Part shown: one piece after another, positions 19,077 to 37,040 of the stretch
Layout of the letters: the number at the start of each line of letters is the position of its first letter
Position numbering within the stretch: the first letter of the stretch is position 1
Sequence record: PP526941.1
Strand: one strand, 5' to 3'
DNA length: 64,000 bases
Origin: Escherichia phage vB_EcoM_ECO78
Program-made: the position numbers and the translations under genes
Notes under the pieces: model-generated
What the model was told of the DNA's origin: nothing
The model's database searches: none
Seen by the model: only the letters and a program-made list of their open reading frames with translations

Positions 19077-20073
19077 TTCAAGTGTTATCTATCGTGCGAT
19101 AGTTACTTCAAAATTTAGAACAGAAAAAATGTTGAATTTTTATAATTCAATTGGAAGTGGTCCGGATAAAAACACTATCTTTATCACATTTGGAAGATCA
19201 GAACCGTGGTCATCAAATGAAAATGAGGTGGGCTTTGCCCCACCTTATCCAACCGATTCTGTATTAGGCGTAACTGACATGTGGACGCATATGATGGGAA
19301 CCGTAAAAGTTCTTCCATCAATGCTTGATGCAGTTATTCCTCGTCGAGATTGGGGAGATACTCGATATCCTGATCCATACACATTTAGAATTAACGATAT
19401 TGTAGTGTGTAACTCAGCTCCTTACAACGCTACTGAATCAGGCGCAGGCTGGTTAGTATATCGTTGTTTAGATGTTCCTGATACCGGAATGTGTTCAATA
19501 ACATCTTTAACTGATAAGGATGAATGCCTTAAGTTAGGTGGAAAATGGACTCCTTCTGCTAGGTCAATGACTCCGCCTGAAGGCCGAGGAGATGCTGAAG
19601 GAACAATTGAACCCGGAGACGGGTATGTGTGGGAATATCTATTTGAGATTCCGCCTGATGTATCTATAAACAGATGCACGAATGAATATATCGTGGTTCC
19701 TTGGCCTGAGGAATTAAAAGAAGACCCGACTAGATGGGGGTATGAAGATAATCTCACTTGGCAACAAGATGATTTTGGATTAATTTATCGTGTTAAGGCA
19801 AATACTATCCGTTTTAAAGCATATTTAGATTCAGTTTATTTTCCTGAAGCTGCATTGCCGGGAAATAAAGGATTTAGACAAATATCAATAATCACGAATC
19901 CTCTTGAAGCTAAAGCTCATCCAAATGACCCAAACGTTAAAGCTGAAAAGGATTATTATGACCCAGAAGATTTAATGAGGCATTCGGGTGAAATGATTTA
20001 TATGGAAAATAGGCCACCTATTATTATGGCAATGGATCAAACAGAAGAAATCAATATTCTGTTTACATTTTAA
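19069..20073 (+). CDS. 8: gp8, baseplate wedge protein, 334 aa
   Basis: Length and synteny as in T4. Confidence 0.93.
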   Translation: MNDSSVIYRAIVTSKFRTEKMLNFYNSIGSGPDKNTIFITFGRSEPWSSNENEVGFAPPYPTDSVLGVTDMWTHMMGTVKVLPSMLDAVIPRRDWGDTRYPDPYTFRINDIVVCNSAPYNATESGAGWLVYRCLDVPDTGMCSITSLTDKDECLKLGGKWTPSARSMTPPEGRGDAEGTIEPGDGYVWEYLFEIPPDVSINRCTNEYIVVPWPEELKEDPTRWGYEDNLTWQQDDFGLIYRVKANTIRFKAYLDSVYFPEAALPGNKGFRQISIITNPLEAKAHPNDPNVKAEKDYYDPEDLMRHSGEMIYMENRPPIIMAMDQTEEINILFTF

Positions 20074-20078
20074 ATTAA

Positions 20079-20105
20079 GGGAGCCCATGGGCTCCCTTTT
20101 TCTTT
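20079..20105 (+). terminator. rho-independent terminator after gene 8
   Basis: GGGAGCCC-AT-GGGCTCCC hairpin followed by TTTTTTCTTT. Confidence 0.6.
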
Positions 20106-20112
20106 ATAAATA
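20105..20112 (+). promoter_or_regulatory. late promoter TATAAATA for gene 9
   Basis: Exact TATAAATA 25 nt upstream of the ATG at 20137. Confidence 0.6.
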
Positions 20113-20136
20113 CTATAAACTCATAAGGAAACCGCT

Positions 20137-21003
20137 ATGTTCATTCAAGAACCAAAGAAATTGATTGATACCGGCGAAATTGGTAACGCTTCTACTGGTG
20201 ATATCTTATTCGACGGTGGTAATAAAATTAATAGTGATTTTAACGCAATTTATAATGCGTTTGGCGATCAGCGTAAAATGGCAGTAGCAAATGGTACTGG
20301 CGCTGATGGCCAAATTATCCATGCTACTGGATATTATCAAAAACACACTATCGCAGAGTATGCAACTCCTGTAAAAGTTGGTACTAGGCATGATATTGAT
20401 ACTTCTACCGTAGGCGTAAAAGTTATTATTGAAAGAGGAGAACTTGGTGATTGTGTTGAATTTATTAACTCTAATGGATCAATATCAGTTACTAATCCTT
20501 TAACTATTCAAGCCATTGATTCAATTAAAGGCGTTTCAGGTAATTTAGTAGTAACTAGCCCATATAGTAAAGTTACTTTACGCTGTATTTCATCTGATAA
20601 TTCTACGTCGGTTTGGAATTATTCTATTGAAAGTATGTTTGGACAAAAGGAATCACCAGCTGAAGGTACATGGAATATTTCTACATCCGGATCAGTTGAT
20701 ATTCCATTATTTCATCGTACTGAATACAATATGGCTAAATTGCTAGTTACGTGCCAATCGGTAGATGGAAGAAAAATTAAAACAGCAGAAATAAATATTC
20801 TTGTGGATACTGTTAATTCAGAGGTAATTTCTTCTGAATATGCTGTCATGCGGGTTGGGAATGAAACCGAAGAAGACGAAATCGCTAATATTGCATTTAG
20901 TATTAAAGAAAATTACGTAACGGCGACTATAAGTTCTTCAACTGTCGGTATGAGAGCAGCAGTTAAAGTTATCGCTACGCAGAAAATCGGGGTGGCTCAA
21001 TAA
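20137..21003 (+). CDS. 9: gp9, baseplate wedge / long tail fibre socket, 288 aa
   Basis: Length and synteny as in T4. Confidence 0.93.
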   Translation: MFIQEPKKLIDTGEIGNASTGDILFDGGNKINSDFNAIYNAFGDQRKMAVANGTGADGQIIHATGYYQKHTIAEYATPVKVGTRHDIDTSTVGVKVIIERGELGDCVEFINSNGSISVTNPLTIQAIDSIKGVSGNLVVTSPYSKVTLRCISSDNSTSVWNYSIESMFGQKESPAEGTWNISTSGSVDIPLFHRTEYNMAKLLVTCQSVDGRKIKTAEINILVDTVNSEVISSEYAVMRVGNETEEDEIANIAFSIKENYVTATISSSTVGMRAAVKVIATQKIGVAQ

Positions 21004-22811
21004 TGAAACAAAATATTAATATCGGTAATGTTGTAGATGATGGTACCGGTGACTACCTGCGTAAAGGTGGTATAAAAATAAATGAAAACTTTGATGAGCT
21101 TTATTATGAACTCGGTGATGGTGATGTTCCATATTCAGCCGGTGCCTGGAAAACTTATAATGCTTCATCAGGACAAACATTAACAGCAGAATGGGGAAAA
21201 TCATACGCTATTAATACATCTTCTGGAAGAGTGACTATAAATCTTCCAAAGGGTACAGTTAATGATTACAACAAGGTAATTAGAGCTAGAGACGTATTTG
21301 CTACATGGAACGTTAATCCAGTTACACTCGTAGCTGCTTCCGGCGATACGATTAAAGGGTCTGCAGTACCAGTTGAAATTAATGTTCAATTCAGCGATTT
21401 AGAACTAGTGTATTGCGCCCCAGGACGTTGGGAATATGTCAAAAATAAACAAATTGACAAAATTACCAGTTCAGACATTAGTAATGTAGCTCGTAAAGAA
21501 TTTTTAGTTGAAGTTCAAGGACAAACGGACTTTTTAGATGTTTTCCGTGGAACTAGTTATAATGTAAATAACATCAGAGTAAAACATCGTGGTAACGAAT
21601 TGTATTACGGCGATGTATTTAGTGAAAACAGCGATTTTGGCTCTCCGGGCGAAAATGAAGGAGAACTAGTTCCTCTTGATGGATTTAATATTCGATTAAG
21701 ACAGCCTTGTAATATTGGCGACACTGTTCAAATTGAAACATTTATGGATGGTGTATCGCAGTGGAGAAGTTCATATACAAGACGTCAAATTAGACTGTTA
21801 GATTCAAAATTAACGTCAAAAACTTCTCTAGAAGGAAGCATTTACGTTACTGATTTATCAACAATGAAATCAATTCCATTTTCTGCTTTTGGATTAATTC
21901 CAGGAGAACCTATTAATCCAAACTCTCTTGAGGTTCGTTTTAATGGAATTTTGCAGGAATTGGCTGGCACAGTTGGAATGCCATTATTTCATTGTGTTGG
22001 TGCCGATTCAGACGATGAAGTAGAATGCTCTGTTTTAGGTGGAACTTGGGAACAATCTCATACCGATTATTCAGTTGAAACTGATGAAAACGGCATACCG
22101 GAAATTTTACATTTCGATAGAGTATTTGAGCATGGTGACATTATCAATATCACCTGGTTTAATAATGATTTGGGTACATTATTAACAAAAGATGAGATTA
22201 TTGATGAAACTGATAATCTCTATGTATCGCAAGGACCGGGAGTAGATATTTCTGGTGATGTAAATTTAACAGACTTCGATAAAATTGGTTGGCCAAATGT
22301 AGAAGCAGTTCAATCTTATCAACGCGAATTTAATGCTGTTTCAAATATCTTTGATACGATTTATCCTATTGGAACTATATATGAAAACGCTGTTAATCCA
22401 AACAACCCTGTTACATATATGGGATTCGGCTCATGGAAATTATTTGGGCAAGGAAAAGTTTTAGTTGGATGGAATGAAGATATTTCGGACCCTAACTTTG
22501 CTCTAAATAACAACGATTTAGATTCGGGTGGAAATCCTTCGCATACTGCAGGTGGAACAGGTGGTTCTACTTCTGTTACATTGGAAAATGCTAATCTTCC
22601 TGCAACTGAAACAGATGAAGAAGTTCTAATAGTTGATGAAAATGGATCAGTCATTGTTGGTGGGTGTCAATACGATCCAGATGAATCCGGTCCAATCTAC
22701 ACTAAATACCGTGAATCTAAAGCATCTACTAACTCTACTCACACTCCGCCAACATCAATAACTAACATTCAACCATATATTACAGTTTATCGTTGGATAA
22801 GGATTGCATAA
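21003..22811 (+). CDS. 10: gp10, baseplate wedge / short-fibre attachment, 602 aa
   Basis: Length and synteny as in T4. Confidence 0.93.
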   Translation: MKQNINIGNVVDDGTGDYLRKGGIKINENFDELYYELGDGDVPYSAGAWKTYNASSGQTLTAEWGKSYAINTSSGRVTINLPKGTVNDYNKVIRARDVFATWNVNPVTLVAASGDTIKGSAVPVEINVQFSDLELVYCAPGRWEYVKNKQIDKITSSDISNVARKEFLVEVQGQTDFLDVFRGTSYNVNNIRVKHRGNELYYGDVFSENSDFGSPGENEGELVPLDGFNIRLRQPCNIGDTVQIETFMDGVSQWRSSYTRRQIRLLDSKLTSKTSLEGSIYVTDLSTMKSIPFSAFGLIPGEPINPNSLEVRFNGILQELAGTVGMPLFHCVGADSDDEVECSVLGGTWEQSHTDYSVETDENGIPEILHFDRVFEHGDIINITWFNNDLGTLLTKDEIIDETDNLYVSQGPGVDISGDVNLTDFDKIGWPNVEAVQSYQREFNAVSNIFDTIYPIGTIYENAVNPNNPVTYMGFGSWKLFGQGKVLVGWNEDISDPNFALNNNDLDSGGNPSHTAGGTGGSTSVTLENANLPATETDEEVLIVDENGSVIVGGCQYDPDESGPIYTKYRESKASTNSTHTPPTSITNIQPYITVYRWIRIA

Positions 22812-23470
22812 TGAGTTTACTTAATAATAAAGCGGGAGTTATTTCCCGCTTAGCCGATTTTCTTGGTTTTAGACCTAAAGCTGGTAATATAGATGTAATG
22901 AATCGTCAATCAGTTGGGTCAGTGACAATTTCTCAATTAGCGAAAGGATTTTATGAACCAAACGTAGAATCAGCTATTAATGACGTTCATAATTTTTCTA
23001 TAAAAGACGTTGGTACAATTATTACTAATAAAACTGGTGTTTCTCCTGAGGGTGTTTCTCAAACTGATTATTGGGCATTTTCTGGAACTGTAACAGACGA
23101 TTCTCTTCCTCCTGGTTCTCCTGTTACAGTATTAGTATTTGGTCTTCCAGTTTCAGCAACAACTGGAATGACGGCAATTGAGTTTGTTGCAAAAGTTCGT
23201 GTTGCCCTTCAAGAAGCTATTGCGTCATTTACTGCTATCAACTCATATAAAGACCATCCAACAGATGGTAGTAAATTAGAAGTTACTTATTTAGATAATC
23301 AAAAACATGTATTAAGCACATATTCTACATATGGAATAACTATTTCGCAGGAAATTATTTCTGAGTCTAAACCTGGCTATGGTACATGGAATTTATTAGG
23401 CGCGCAAACTGTAACTTTAGATAATCAGCAGACTCCTACAGTATTTTATCATTTTGAGAGAACAGCATGA
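22811..23470 (+). CDS. 11: gp11, baseplate wedge / short tail fibre connector, 219 aa
   Basis: [20 protein letters not shown]...; ATG at 22811 overlaps the gene 10 stop (track start is an upstream TTG). Confidence 0.9.
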   Translation: MSLLNNKAGVISRLADFLGFRPKAGNIDVMNRQSVGSVTISQLAKGFYEPNVESAINDVHNFSIKDVGTIITNKTGVSPEGVSQTDYWAFSGTVTDDSLPPGSPVTVLVFGLPVSATTGMTAIEFVAKVRVALQEAIASFTAINSYKDHPTDGSKLEVTYLDNQKHVLSTYSTYGITISQEIISESKPGYGTWNLLGAQTVTLDNQQTPTVFYHFERTA

Positions 23471-25050
23471 GTAATAATACATATCAACACGTTTCTAATG
23501 AATCTCGTTATGTAAAATTTGATCCTACCGATACGAATTTTCCACCAGAGATTACTGATGTTCAGGCTGCTATAGCAGCCATTTCTCCTGCTGGCGTAAA
23601 TGGAGTTCCTGATGCATCGTCAACAACAAAGGGAATTTTATTTCTTGCCACTGAACAGGAAGTTATAGATGGAACTAATAATACCAAAGCAGTTACACCA
23701 GCAACGTTGGCAACAAGATTATCATATCCAAACGCAACTGAAACTGTTTACGGATTAACAAGATATTCAACCAATGATGAAGCCATTGCCGGAGTTAATA
23801 ATGAATCTTCTATAACTCCAGCTAAATTTACTGTTGCTCTTAATAATGCTTTTGAAACGCGAGTTTCAACTGAATCCTCGAATGGTGTTATTAAAATTTC
23901 ATCTCTACCGCAAGCATTAGCTGGCGCAGATGATACTACTGCAATGACTCCATTAAAAACACAGCAGTTAGCTATTAAATTAATTGCGCAAATTGCTCCT
24001 TCTGAAACTACGGCTACAGAGTCTGACCAGGGTGTTGTTCAATTAGCAACAGTAGCACAGGTTCGTCAGGGAACTTTAAGAGAAGGCTATGCAATTTCTC
24101 CTTATACGTTTATGAATTCATCTGCTACTGAAGAATATAAAGGCGTAATTAAATTAGGAACACAGTCAGAAGTTAACTCAAATAATGCTTCTGTTGCGGT
24201 TACTGGCGCAACTCTTAATGGTCGTGGTTCTACAACGTCAATGAGAGGCGTAGTTAGATTAACAACAACGGCTGGTTCACAGAGTGGAGGCGATGCTTCA
24301 TCAGCCTTAGCTTGGAATGCTGATGTTATCCACCAAAGAGGCGGTCAAACTATTAATGGAACACTTCGCATTAATAACACACTTACAATAGCTTCAGGTG
24401 GAGCAAATATTACCGGAACAGTTAACATGACTGGCGGTTATATTCAAGGTAAGCGTGTCGTAACACAAAATGAAATTGATAGAACTATTCCTGTCGGAGC
24501 TATTATGATGTGGGCCGCTGATAGTCTTCCTAGTGATGCTTGGCGTTTTTGCCACGGTGGAACCGTTTCAGCGTCAGATTGTCCATTATATGCTTCTAGA
24601 ATTGGAACAAGATATGGCGGAAGCTCATCAAATCCTGGATTGCCTGACATGCGTGGTCTTTTTGTTCGTGGCTCTGGTCGTGGCTCTCACTTAACAAATC
24701 CAAATGTTAATGGTAATGACCAATTTGGTAAGCCTAGATTAGGTGTAGGTTGTACTGGTGGATATGTTGGTGAAGTACAAAAACAACAGATGTCTTATCA
24801 TAAACATGCTGGTGGATTTGGTGAATGGGATGATTCTGGGGCATTCGGTAATACCCGTAGATCAAATTTTGTTGGTACACGTAAAGGACTTGACTGGGAT
24901 AACCGTTCATACTTCACCAATGATGGATATGAAATTGACCCAGCATCACAACGAAATTCCAGATATACGTTAAATCGTCCCGAATTAATTGGAAATGAAA
25001 CACGTCCATGGAATATTTCTTTAAACTACATAATTAAGGTAAAAGAATGA
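23467..25050 (+). CDS. 12: gp12, short tail fibre, 527 aa
   Basis: Length and synteny as in T4; fibrous repeat-rich sequence. Confidence 0.93.
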   Translation: MSNNTYQHVSNESRYVKFDPTDTNFPPEITDVQAAIAAISPAGVNGVPDASSTTKGILFLATEQEVIDGTNNTKAVTPATLATRLSYPNATETVYGLTRYSTNDEAIAGVNNESSITPAKFTVALNNAFETRVSTESSNGVIKISSLPQALAGADDTTAMTPLKTQQLAIKLIAQIAPSETTATESDQGVVQLATVAQVRQGTLREGYAISPYTFMNSSATEEYKGVIKLGTQSEVNSNNASVAVTGATLNGRGSTTSMRGVVRLTTTAGSQSGGDASSALAWNADVIHQRGGQTINGTLRINNTLTIASGGANITGTVNMTGGYIQGKRVVTQNEIDRTIPVGAIMMWAADSLPSDAWRFCHGGTVSASDCPLYASRIGTRYGGSSSNPGLPDMRGLFVRGSGRGSHLTNPNVNGNDQFGKPRLGVGCTGGYVGEVQKQQMSYHKHAGGFGEWDDSGAFGNTRRSNFVGTRKGLDWDNRSYFTNDGYEIDPASQRNSRYTLNRPELIGNETRPWNISLNYIIKVKE

Positions 25051-26510
25051 CAGATATTGTACTGAATGACTTACCATTCGTTGACGGCCCTCCTGCAGAG
25101 GGCCAGAGCCGCATTTCCTGGATTAAAAACGGCGAAGAAATTTTAGGAGCTGACACACAGTATGGAAGTGAAGGCTCAATGAATAGGCCTACAGTTTCTG
25201 TATTAAGAAATGTTGAAGTTCTCGATAAAAACATTGGAATACTTAAAACATCTTTAGAAACTGCAAATAGTGATATTAAAACAATTCAGGGCATCTTAGA
25301 TGTATCTGGTGATATTGAAGCTTTGGCCCAAATAGGTATCAATAAAAAGGATATTTCTGACCTCAAAACGCTAACCAGTGAACATACAGAAATATTAAAT
25401 GGTACTAATAATACGGTTGACAGTATTCTTGCCGATATTGGTCCATTTAACGCCGAGGCCAACTCTGTATACAGAACGATCAGAAATGATTTACTGTGGA
25501 TAAAGCGTGAACTTGGACAATACACTGGTCAAGATATTAATGGTCTTCCTGTTGTAGGAAATCCTAGTAGTGGAATGAAGCATCGCATTATTAATAATAC
25601 TGATGTCATTACTTCACAGGGAATACGTTTAAGCGAATTAGAAACAAAATTTATTGAATCTGATGTAGGTTCTTTGACTATTGAAGTTGGTAATCTTCGT
25701 GAAGAGCTTGGACCGAAACCGCCATCATTTTCACAGAACGTTTATAGTCGTTTAAATGAAATTGACACTAAACAGACAACATTTGAATCTGACATTAGTA
25801 CTATTAAGACCTCAATAGGATATCCAGGAAATAATTCGATTATCACGAGTGTTAATACAAACACTGATAATATTGCATCTATTAATTTAGAGCTAAATCA
25901 AAGTGGAGGTATTAAACAACGTTTAACCGTTATTGAAACTTCTATTGGTTCAGACGATATTCCTTCGAGTATTAAAGGCCAAATTAAAGATAATACAACT
26001 TCAATCGAATCTTTAAATGGAATCGTCGGTGAAAACACTTCATCTGGTTTAAGAGCGAATGTTTCGTGGTTAAACCAAATTGTTGGAACTGATTCTAGCG
26101 GTGGACAACCTTCTCCTCCTGGGTCTCTTTTAAACCGAGTTTCTACAATTGAAACTTCTGTTTCAGGCTTGAATAATGATGTTCAAAACCTACAAGTAGA
26201 GATTGGTAATAACAGCACAGGAATTAAAGGGCAAGTTGTAGCGTTAAATACTTTAGTAAATGGAACTAATCCAAACGGTTCAACTGTTGAAGAACGCGGA
26301 TTAACCAATTCAATAAAAGCTAACGAAACTAACATTGCATCAGTTACACAAGAAGTGAATACAGCTAAAGGCAATATATCTTCTTTACAAGGCGATGTTC
26401 AAGCTCTCCAAGAAGCCGGTTATATTCCTGAAGCTCCAAGAGATGGGCAAGCTTACGTTCGTAAAGACGGCGAATGGGTATTGCTTTCTACCTTTTTATC
26501 ACCAGCATAA
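25047..26510 (+). CDS. wac: fibritin (whisker antigen control), 487 aa
   Basis: Coiled-coil heptad segments; C-terminal foldon [27 protein letters not shown]. Confidence 0.95.
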   Translation: MTDIVLNDLPFVDGPPAEGQSRISWIKNGEEILGADTQYGSEGSMNRPTVSVLRNVEVLDKNIGILKTSLETANSDIKTIQGILDVSGDIEALAQIGINKKDISDLKTLTSEHTEILNGTNNTVDSILADIGPFNAEANSVYRTIRNDLLWIKRELGQYTGQDINGLPVVGNPSSGMKHRIINNTDVITSQGIRLSELETKFIESDVGSLTIEVGNLREELGPKPPSFSQNVYSRLNEIDTKQTTFESDISTIKTSIGYPGNNSIITSVNTNTDNIASINLELNQSGGIKQRLTVIETSIGSDDIPSSIKGQIKDNTTSIESLNGIVGENTSSGLRANVSWLNQIVGTDSSGGQPSPPGSLLNRVSTIETSVSGLNNDVQNLQVEIGNNSTGIKGQVVALNTLVNGTNPNGSTVEERGLTNSIKANETNIASVTQEVNTAKGNISSLQGDVQALQEAGYIPEAPRDGQAYVRKDGEWVLLSTFLSPA

Positions 26511-26514
26511 CATG

Positions 26515-26530
26515 GGGCCGCAAGGCCCCA
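26515..26530 (+). other. intercistronic GNRA-tetraloop hairpin (GGGGCC-GCAA-GGCCCC) between wac and 13
   Basis: Perfect 6-bp stem with GCAA loop; no U-run, so probably an RNA-stability or processing element. Confidence 0.4.
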
Positions 26531-26541
26531 AAGGATTTTAA

Positions 26542-28243
<1,702 letters not shown>

Positions 28244-28284
28244 TAAATATTATAAACTAATTAAAGCCCAGATTAGGAGAAATC

Positions 28285-31425
<3,141 letters not shown>

Positions 31426-31453
31426 TATTAAAGCATATTAAAGAGGATTAAAA

Positions 31454-33433
31454 ATGACTTTATTATCTCCGGGCATTGAGCTCAAAGAAACTACGGTTCA
31501 AAGCACCGTGGTTAATAACTCTACTGGTACAGCAGCTTTGGCCGGTAAATTCCAGTGGGGTCCTGCTTTTCAGATTAAACAGGTTACAAATGAAGTAGAT
31601 TTAGTTAACACTTTTGGTCAACCAACCGCTGAAACTGCTGACTATTTTATGTCTGCGATGAATTTCTTGCAGTACGGAAATGACTTACGAGTAGTTCGTG
31701 CTGTTGATAGAGATACCGCTAAAAACTCATCGCCAATTGCTGGTAATATTGAATACACAATTTCTACCCCAGGTAGTAACTATGCGGTTGGAGATAAAAT
31801 CACGGTCAAATATGTTTCAGAAGATGTTGAAACAGAATGTAAAGTTACCGAAGTAGATGCTGATGGAAAAATTAAGAAAATTAATATTCCTACCGCAAAA
31901 ATTATCGCTAAAGCTAAAGAAGTCGGTGAATATCCAGAATTAGGTTCTAACTGGACTGCGGAAATTTCTTCGTCTTCCTCTGGTTTAGCTGCAGTAATAA
32001 CTCTTGGAAAAATTATTACTGATTCTGGTATTTTATTAGCTGAAATTGAAAATGCCGAAGCTGCTATGACAGCTGTTGACTTTCAAGCAAATCTCGAAAA
32101 ATATGGAATTCCAGGAGTAGTAGCTCTTTATCCAGGCGAGTTGGGCGATAAAATCGAAATTGAAATCGTATCTAAAGCTGACTACGCAAAAGGTGCTTCT
32201 GCATTACTCCCAATTTATCCAGGTGGCGGAACACGCGCATCTACTGCCAAAGCAGTGTTTGGATATGGACCACAAACTGATTCGCAGTATGCTATTATAG
32301 TTCGTCGTAATGATGCTATTGTTCAAAGCGTTGTTCTTTCAACTAAGCGTGGTGAAAAAGATATTTACGATAGTAACATCTATATCGATGACTTTTTCGC
32401 AAAAGGTGGCTCAGAATATATTTTTGCAACTGCACAAAACTGGCCAGAAGGCTTCTCTGGAATTTTAACTCTGTCTGGTGGATTATCATCAAATGCTGAA
32501 GTAACAGCAGGAGATTTGATGGAAGCTTGGGACTTCTTTGCTGACCGTGAATCTGTTGATGTTCAGTTGTTTATTGCGGGTTCTTGTGCCGGTGAATCTT
32601 TAGAAACAGCATCTACTGTCCAAAAACACGTCGTTTCAATTGGGGATGCTCGCCAAGATTGCTTAGTATTGTGCTCTCCTCCGCGTGAAACTGTAGTTGG
32701 AATTCCTGTAACTCGTGCAGTAGATAATTTAGTTAACTGGAGAACTGCAGCAGGTTCATACACTGATAATAACTTTAATATCAGTTCAACCTATGCAGCA
32801 ATTGATGGTAACTACAAATATCAGTATGACAAATATAATGATGTGAATCGTTGGGTTCCATTAGCAGCTGATATTGCTGGTTTATGCGCAAGAACTGATA
32901 ACGTTTCTCAGACTTGGATGTCACCAGCTGGTTATAATCGTGGTCAGATTTTGAACGTTATTAAACTGGCTATTGAAACTCGCCAGGCTCAGCGCGACCG
33001 TTTATACCAAGAAGCTATCAACCCGGTAACTGGTACAGGTGGTGATGGTTACGTATTGTATGGTGATAAAACAGCTACTTCTGTTCCTTCTCCATTTGAT
33101 CGTATTAACGTTCGTCGTCTGTTTAACATGTTGAAAACGAATATCGGACGTAGTTCAAAATATCGTTTGTTCGAATTAAACAACGCGTTTACTCGTTCAT
33201 CATTCCGCACAGAAACTGCCCAGTACTTACAGGGAATTAAAGCTCTCGGTGGAATTTATGAATATCGTGTAGTTTGCGATACAACAAATAACACTCCGTC
33301 AGTAATTGATAGAAATGAGTTTGTTGCAACATTCTACATCCAACCGGCTAGAAGCATTAACTACATTACCTTAAACTTCGTAGCAACTGCTACTGGTGCA
33401 GATTTCGATGAGTTAACTGGTCTTGCAGGTTAA
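31454..33433 (+). CDS. 18: gp18, contractile tail sheath, 659 aa
   Basis: Length and synteny as in T4. Confidence 0.95.
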   Translation: MTLLSPGIELKETTVQSTVVNNSTGTAALAGKFQWGPAFQIKQVTNEVDLVNTFGQPTAETADYFMSAMNFLQYGNDLRVVRAVDRDTAKNSSPIAGNIEYTISTPGSNYAVGDKITVKYVSEDVETECKVTEVDADGKIKKINIPTAKIIAKAKEVGEYPELGSNWTAEISSSSSGLAAVITLGKIITDSGILLAEIENAEAAMTAVDFQANLEKYGIPGVVALYPGELGDKIEIEIVSKADYAKGASALLPIYPGGGTRASTAKAVFGYGPQTDSQYAIIVRRNDAIVQSVVLSTKRGEKDIYDSNIYIDDFFAKGGSEYIFATAQNWPEGFSGILTLSGGLSSNAEVTAGDLMEAWDFFADRESVDVQLFIAGSCAGESLETASTVQKHVVSIGDARQDCLVLCSPPRETVVGIPVTRAVDNLVNWRTAAGSYTDNNFNISSTYAAIDGNYKYQYDKYNDVNRWVPLAADIAGLCARTDNVSQTWMSPAGYNRGQILNVIKLAIETRQAQRDRLYQEAINPVTGTGGDGYVLYGDKTATSVPSPFDRINVRRLFNMLKTNIGRSSKYRLFELNNAFTRSSFRTETAQYLQGIKALGGIYEYRVVCDTTNNTPSVIDRNEFVATFYIQPARSINYITLNFVATATGADFDELTGLAG

Positions 33434-33449
33434 TACAGTGCATTCTAAA

Positions 33450-33467
33450 GGCCTGTTTCGGCAGGCC
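33450..33467 (+). terminator. hairpin after gene 18 (GGCCTG-TTTCGG-CAGGCC)
   Basis: 6-bp stem immediately upstream of the late promoter boxes for gene 19; weak U-run. Confidence 0.4.
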
Positions 33468-33468
33468 A

Positions 33469-33476
33469 TATAAATA
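33469..33476 (+). promoter_or_regulatory. late promoter TATAAATA (distal) for gene 19
   Basis: Exact TATAAATA. Confidence 0.5.
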
Positions 33477-33527
33477 CACTATATCCTTAATTCTTTAATT
33501 CTATATGCCCTAGGTTAAACATAGGGA

Positions 33528-33535
33528 TATAAATA
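33528..33535 (+). promoter_or_regulatory. late promoter TATAAATA (proximal) for gene 19
   Basis: Exact TATAAATA 14 nt upstream of the ATG at 33550. Confidence 0.55.
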
Positions 33536-33549
33536 CTACAGAGGCTAAT

Positions 33550-34041
33550 ATGTTTGTAGATGATGTAACACGAGCGTTTGAATCTGGTGATTTTGCTCGA
33601 CCTAACTTATTCCAAGTAGAAATTTCTTATCTTGGACAAAATTTTACGTTTCAATGTAAAGCTACTGCTTTACCAGCTGGTATTGTAGAAAAAATTCCAG
33701 TCGGATTTATGAACCGTAAAATTAACGTAGCAGGCGATCGTACATTCGATGACTGGACTGTTACAGTAATGAACGATGAGGCACATGATGCTCGTCAGAA
33801 GTTCGTTGATTGGCAAAGCATTGCCGCTGGGCAAGGAAACGAAATTACTGGTGGAAAACCTGCAGAGTATAAAAAGAGCGCTATCGTTCGTCAATATGCT
33901 CGTGACGCTAAAACAGTAACAAAAGAAATTGAAATTAAAGGTCTGTGGCCTACTAACGTGGGTGAACTTCAATTAGATTGGGATTCAAACAATGAAATCC
34001 AAACATTTGAAGTAACTCTTGCTCTCGATTATTGGGAATAA
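33550..34041 (+). CDS. 19: gp19, tail tube protein, 163 aa
   Basis: Length and synteny as in T4. Confidence 0.95.
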   Translation: MFVDDVTRAFESGDFARPNLFQVEISYLGQNFTFQCKATALPAGIVEKIPVGFMNRKINVAGDRTFDDWTVTVMNDEAHDARQKFVDWQSIAAGQGNEITGGKPAEYKKSAIVRQYARDAKTVTKEIEIKGLWPTNVGELQLDWDSNNEIQTFEVTLALDYWE

Positions 34042-34046
34042 AATGA

Positions 34047-34064
34047 ATGGGGAGAAATCCCCAT
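34047..34064 (+). other. GNRA-tetraloop hairpin after gene 19 (ATGGGGA-GAAA-TCCCCAT)
   Basis: Perfect 7-bp stem with GAAA loop. Confidence 0.4.
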
Positions 34065-34073
34065 CCTGCTTAA

Positions 34074-35698
<1,625 letters not shown>

Positions 35699-35699
<1 letters not shown>

Positions 35700-35947
35700 T
35701 GGAAGGTTTAATTGAAGCTATTAAATCAAACGACCTCGTAGCCGCTCGTAAATTATTTGCTGAAGCCATGGCTGCAAGAACGATTGATTTAATTAAAGAA
35801 GAAAAAATCGCTATCGCTCGTAATTTCTTAATTGAAGGTGAAGAACCTGAAGACGAGGATGATGACGAAGACGAAGATAGTGATGATAAAGACGACAAAA
35901 AAGACAAAGACTCTGATGAAGATGACGAAGACGAGGATGATGAATAA
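35699..35947 (+). CDS. 67: gp67, prohead core protein, 82 aa in this frame, acidic C-terminal tail
   Basis: Position between 20 and 68; Asp/Glu-rich tail. Confidence 0.85.
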
Positions 35948-36372
35948 TGCTTCTGATCCCTGAAACTCATGAATTAGTTCTCGAGAATGTCGAAGCACTT
36001 ATTCCTGAAGCACGGGGTCGCTTTGACAAATTGTCTTCTGCTTTAAATAAAGACGATATAAATACAATTGTCGAGAATATGCTTGATGATGAAACTGATT
36101 TAGCGGTTGCATTAGCTTCTATTAATGAAAATATGCCGTTAAATGAATTCATCGTTAAACATGTTTCCGCCCGTGGTGAAATTACTCGCACTAAAGACCG
36201 CAAAACGCGTGAACGTAATGCATTTCAAACCACTGGGCTGTCTAAAGCAAAACGTAGACAAATTGCTCGTAAAGCTACCAAAACGAAGATTGCCAATCCA
36301 GCAGGTCAATCTCGTGCTCAGCGTAAGCGTAAAAAAGCTCTTAAACGCCGTAAAGCATTAGGATTAAGCTAA
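35947..36372 (+). CDS. 68: gp68, prohead core protein, 141 aa
   Basis: Length and synteny as in T4. Confidence 0.88.
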   Translation: MLLIPETHELVLENVEALIPEARGRFDKLSSALNKDDINTIVENMLDDETDLAVALASINENMPLNEFIVKHVSARGEITRTKDRKTRERNAFQTTGLSKAKRRQIARKATKTKIANPAGQSRAQRKRKKALKRRKALGLS

Positions 36373-37010
36373 TGAATGAACCCCAATTACTAATTGAAAC
36401 TTGGGGTCAACCTGGCGAAATTATTGATGGCGTACCAATGCTTGAATCTCATGATGGAAAAGACTTAGGTTTAAAACCGGGTTTATACATCGAAGGAATA
36501 TTCATGCAAGCGGAAGTCGTCAATAGAAATAAACGTCTTTATCCAAAACGTATATTAGAAAAAGCGGTAAAAGACTATATTAATGAGCAAGTTTTAACTA
36601 AACAAGCTCTCGGAGAATTAAATCATCCTCCACGCGCTAATGTTGACCCAATGCAAGCCGCTATCATTATAGAAGATATGTGGTGGAAAGGAAATGACGT
36701 ATACGGACGAGCTCGTGTTATTGAAGGTGACCATGGTCCTGGAGATAAATTAGCAGCTAATATTCGTGCCGGATGGATTCCAGGAGTTTCTTCTCGTGGA
36801 TTAGGTTCATTGACTGACACAAATAAAGGTTATCGTATCGTAAACGAAGGATTCAAATTAACTGTAGGTGTTGATGCAGTATGGGGTCCAAGTGCTCCAG
36901 ATGCATGGGTAACTCCTAAGGAAATTACCGAATCACAGACGGCGGAAGCCGATACAAGTGCCGATGACGCCTATATGGCTCTCGCAGAGGCCATGAAAAA
37001 AGCGTTATAA
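36372..37010 (+). CDS. 21: gp21, prohead core protease, 212 aa
   Basis: Length and synteny as in T4. Confidence 0.93.
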   Translation: MNEPQLLIETWGQPGEIIDGVPMLESHDGKDLGLKPGLYIEGIFMQAEVVNRNKRLYPKRILEKAVKDYINEQVLTKQALGELNHPPRANVDPMQAAIIIEDMWWKGNDVYGRARVIEGDHGPGDKLAANIRAGWIPGVSSRGLGSLTDTNKGYRIVNEGFKLTVGVDAVWGPSAPDAWVTPKEITESQTAEADTSADDAYMALAEAMKKAL

Positions 37011-37013
37011 ATA
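37006..37013 (+). promoter_or_regulatory. late promoter TATAAATA for gene 22
   Basis: Exact TATAAATA 27 nt upstream of the ATG at 37041. Confidence 0.6.
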
Positions 37014-37040
37014 TTATTATCTAAACAACAGGACTACAAA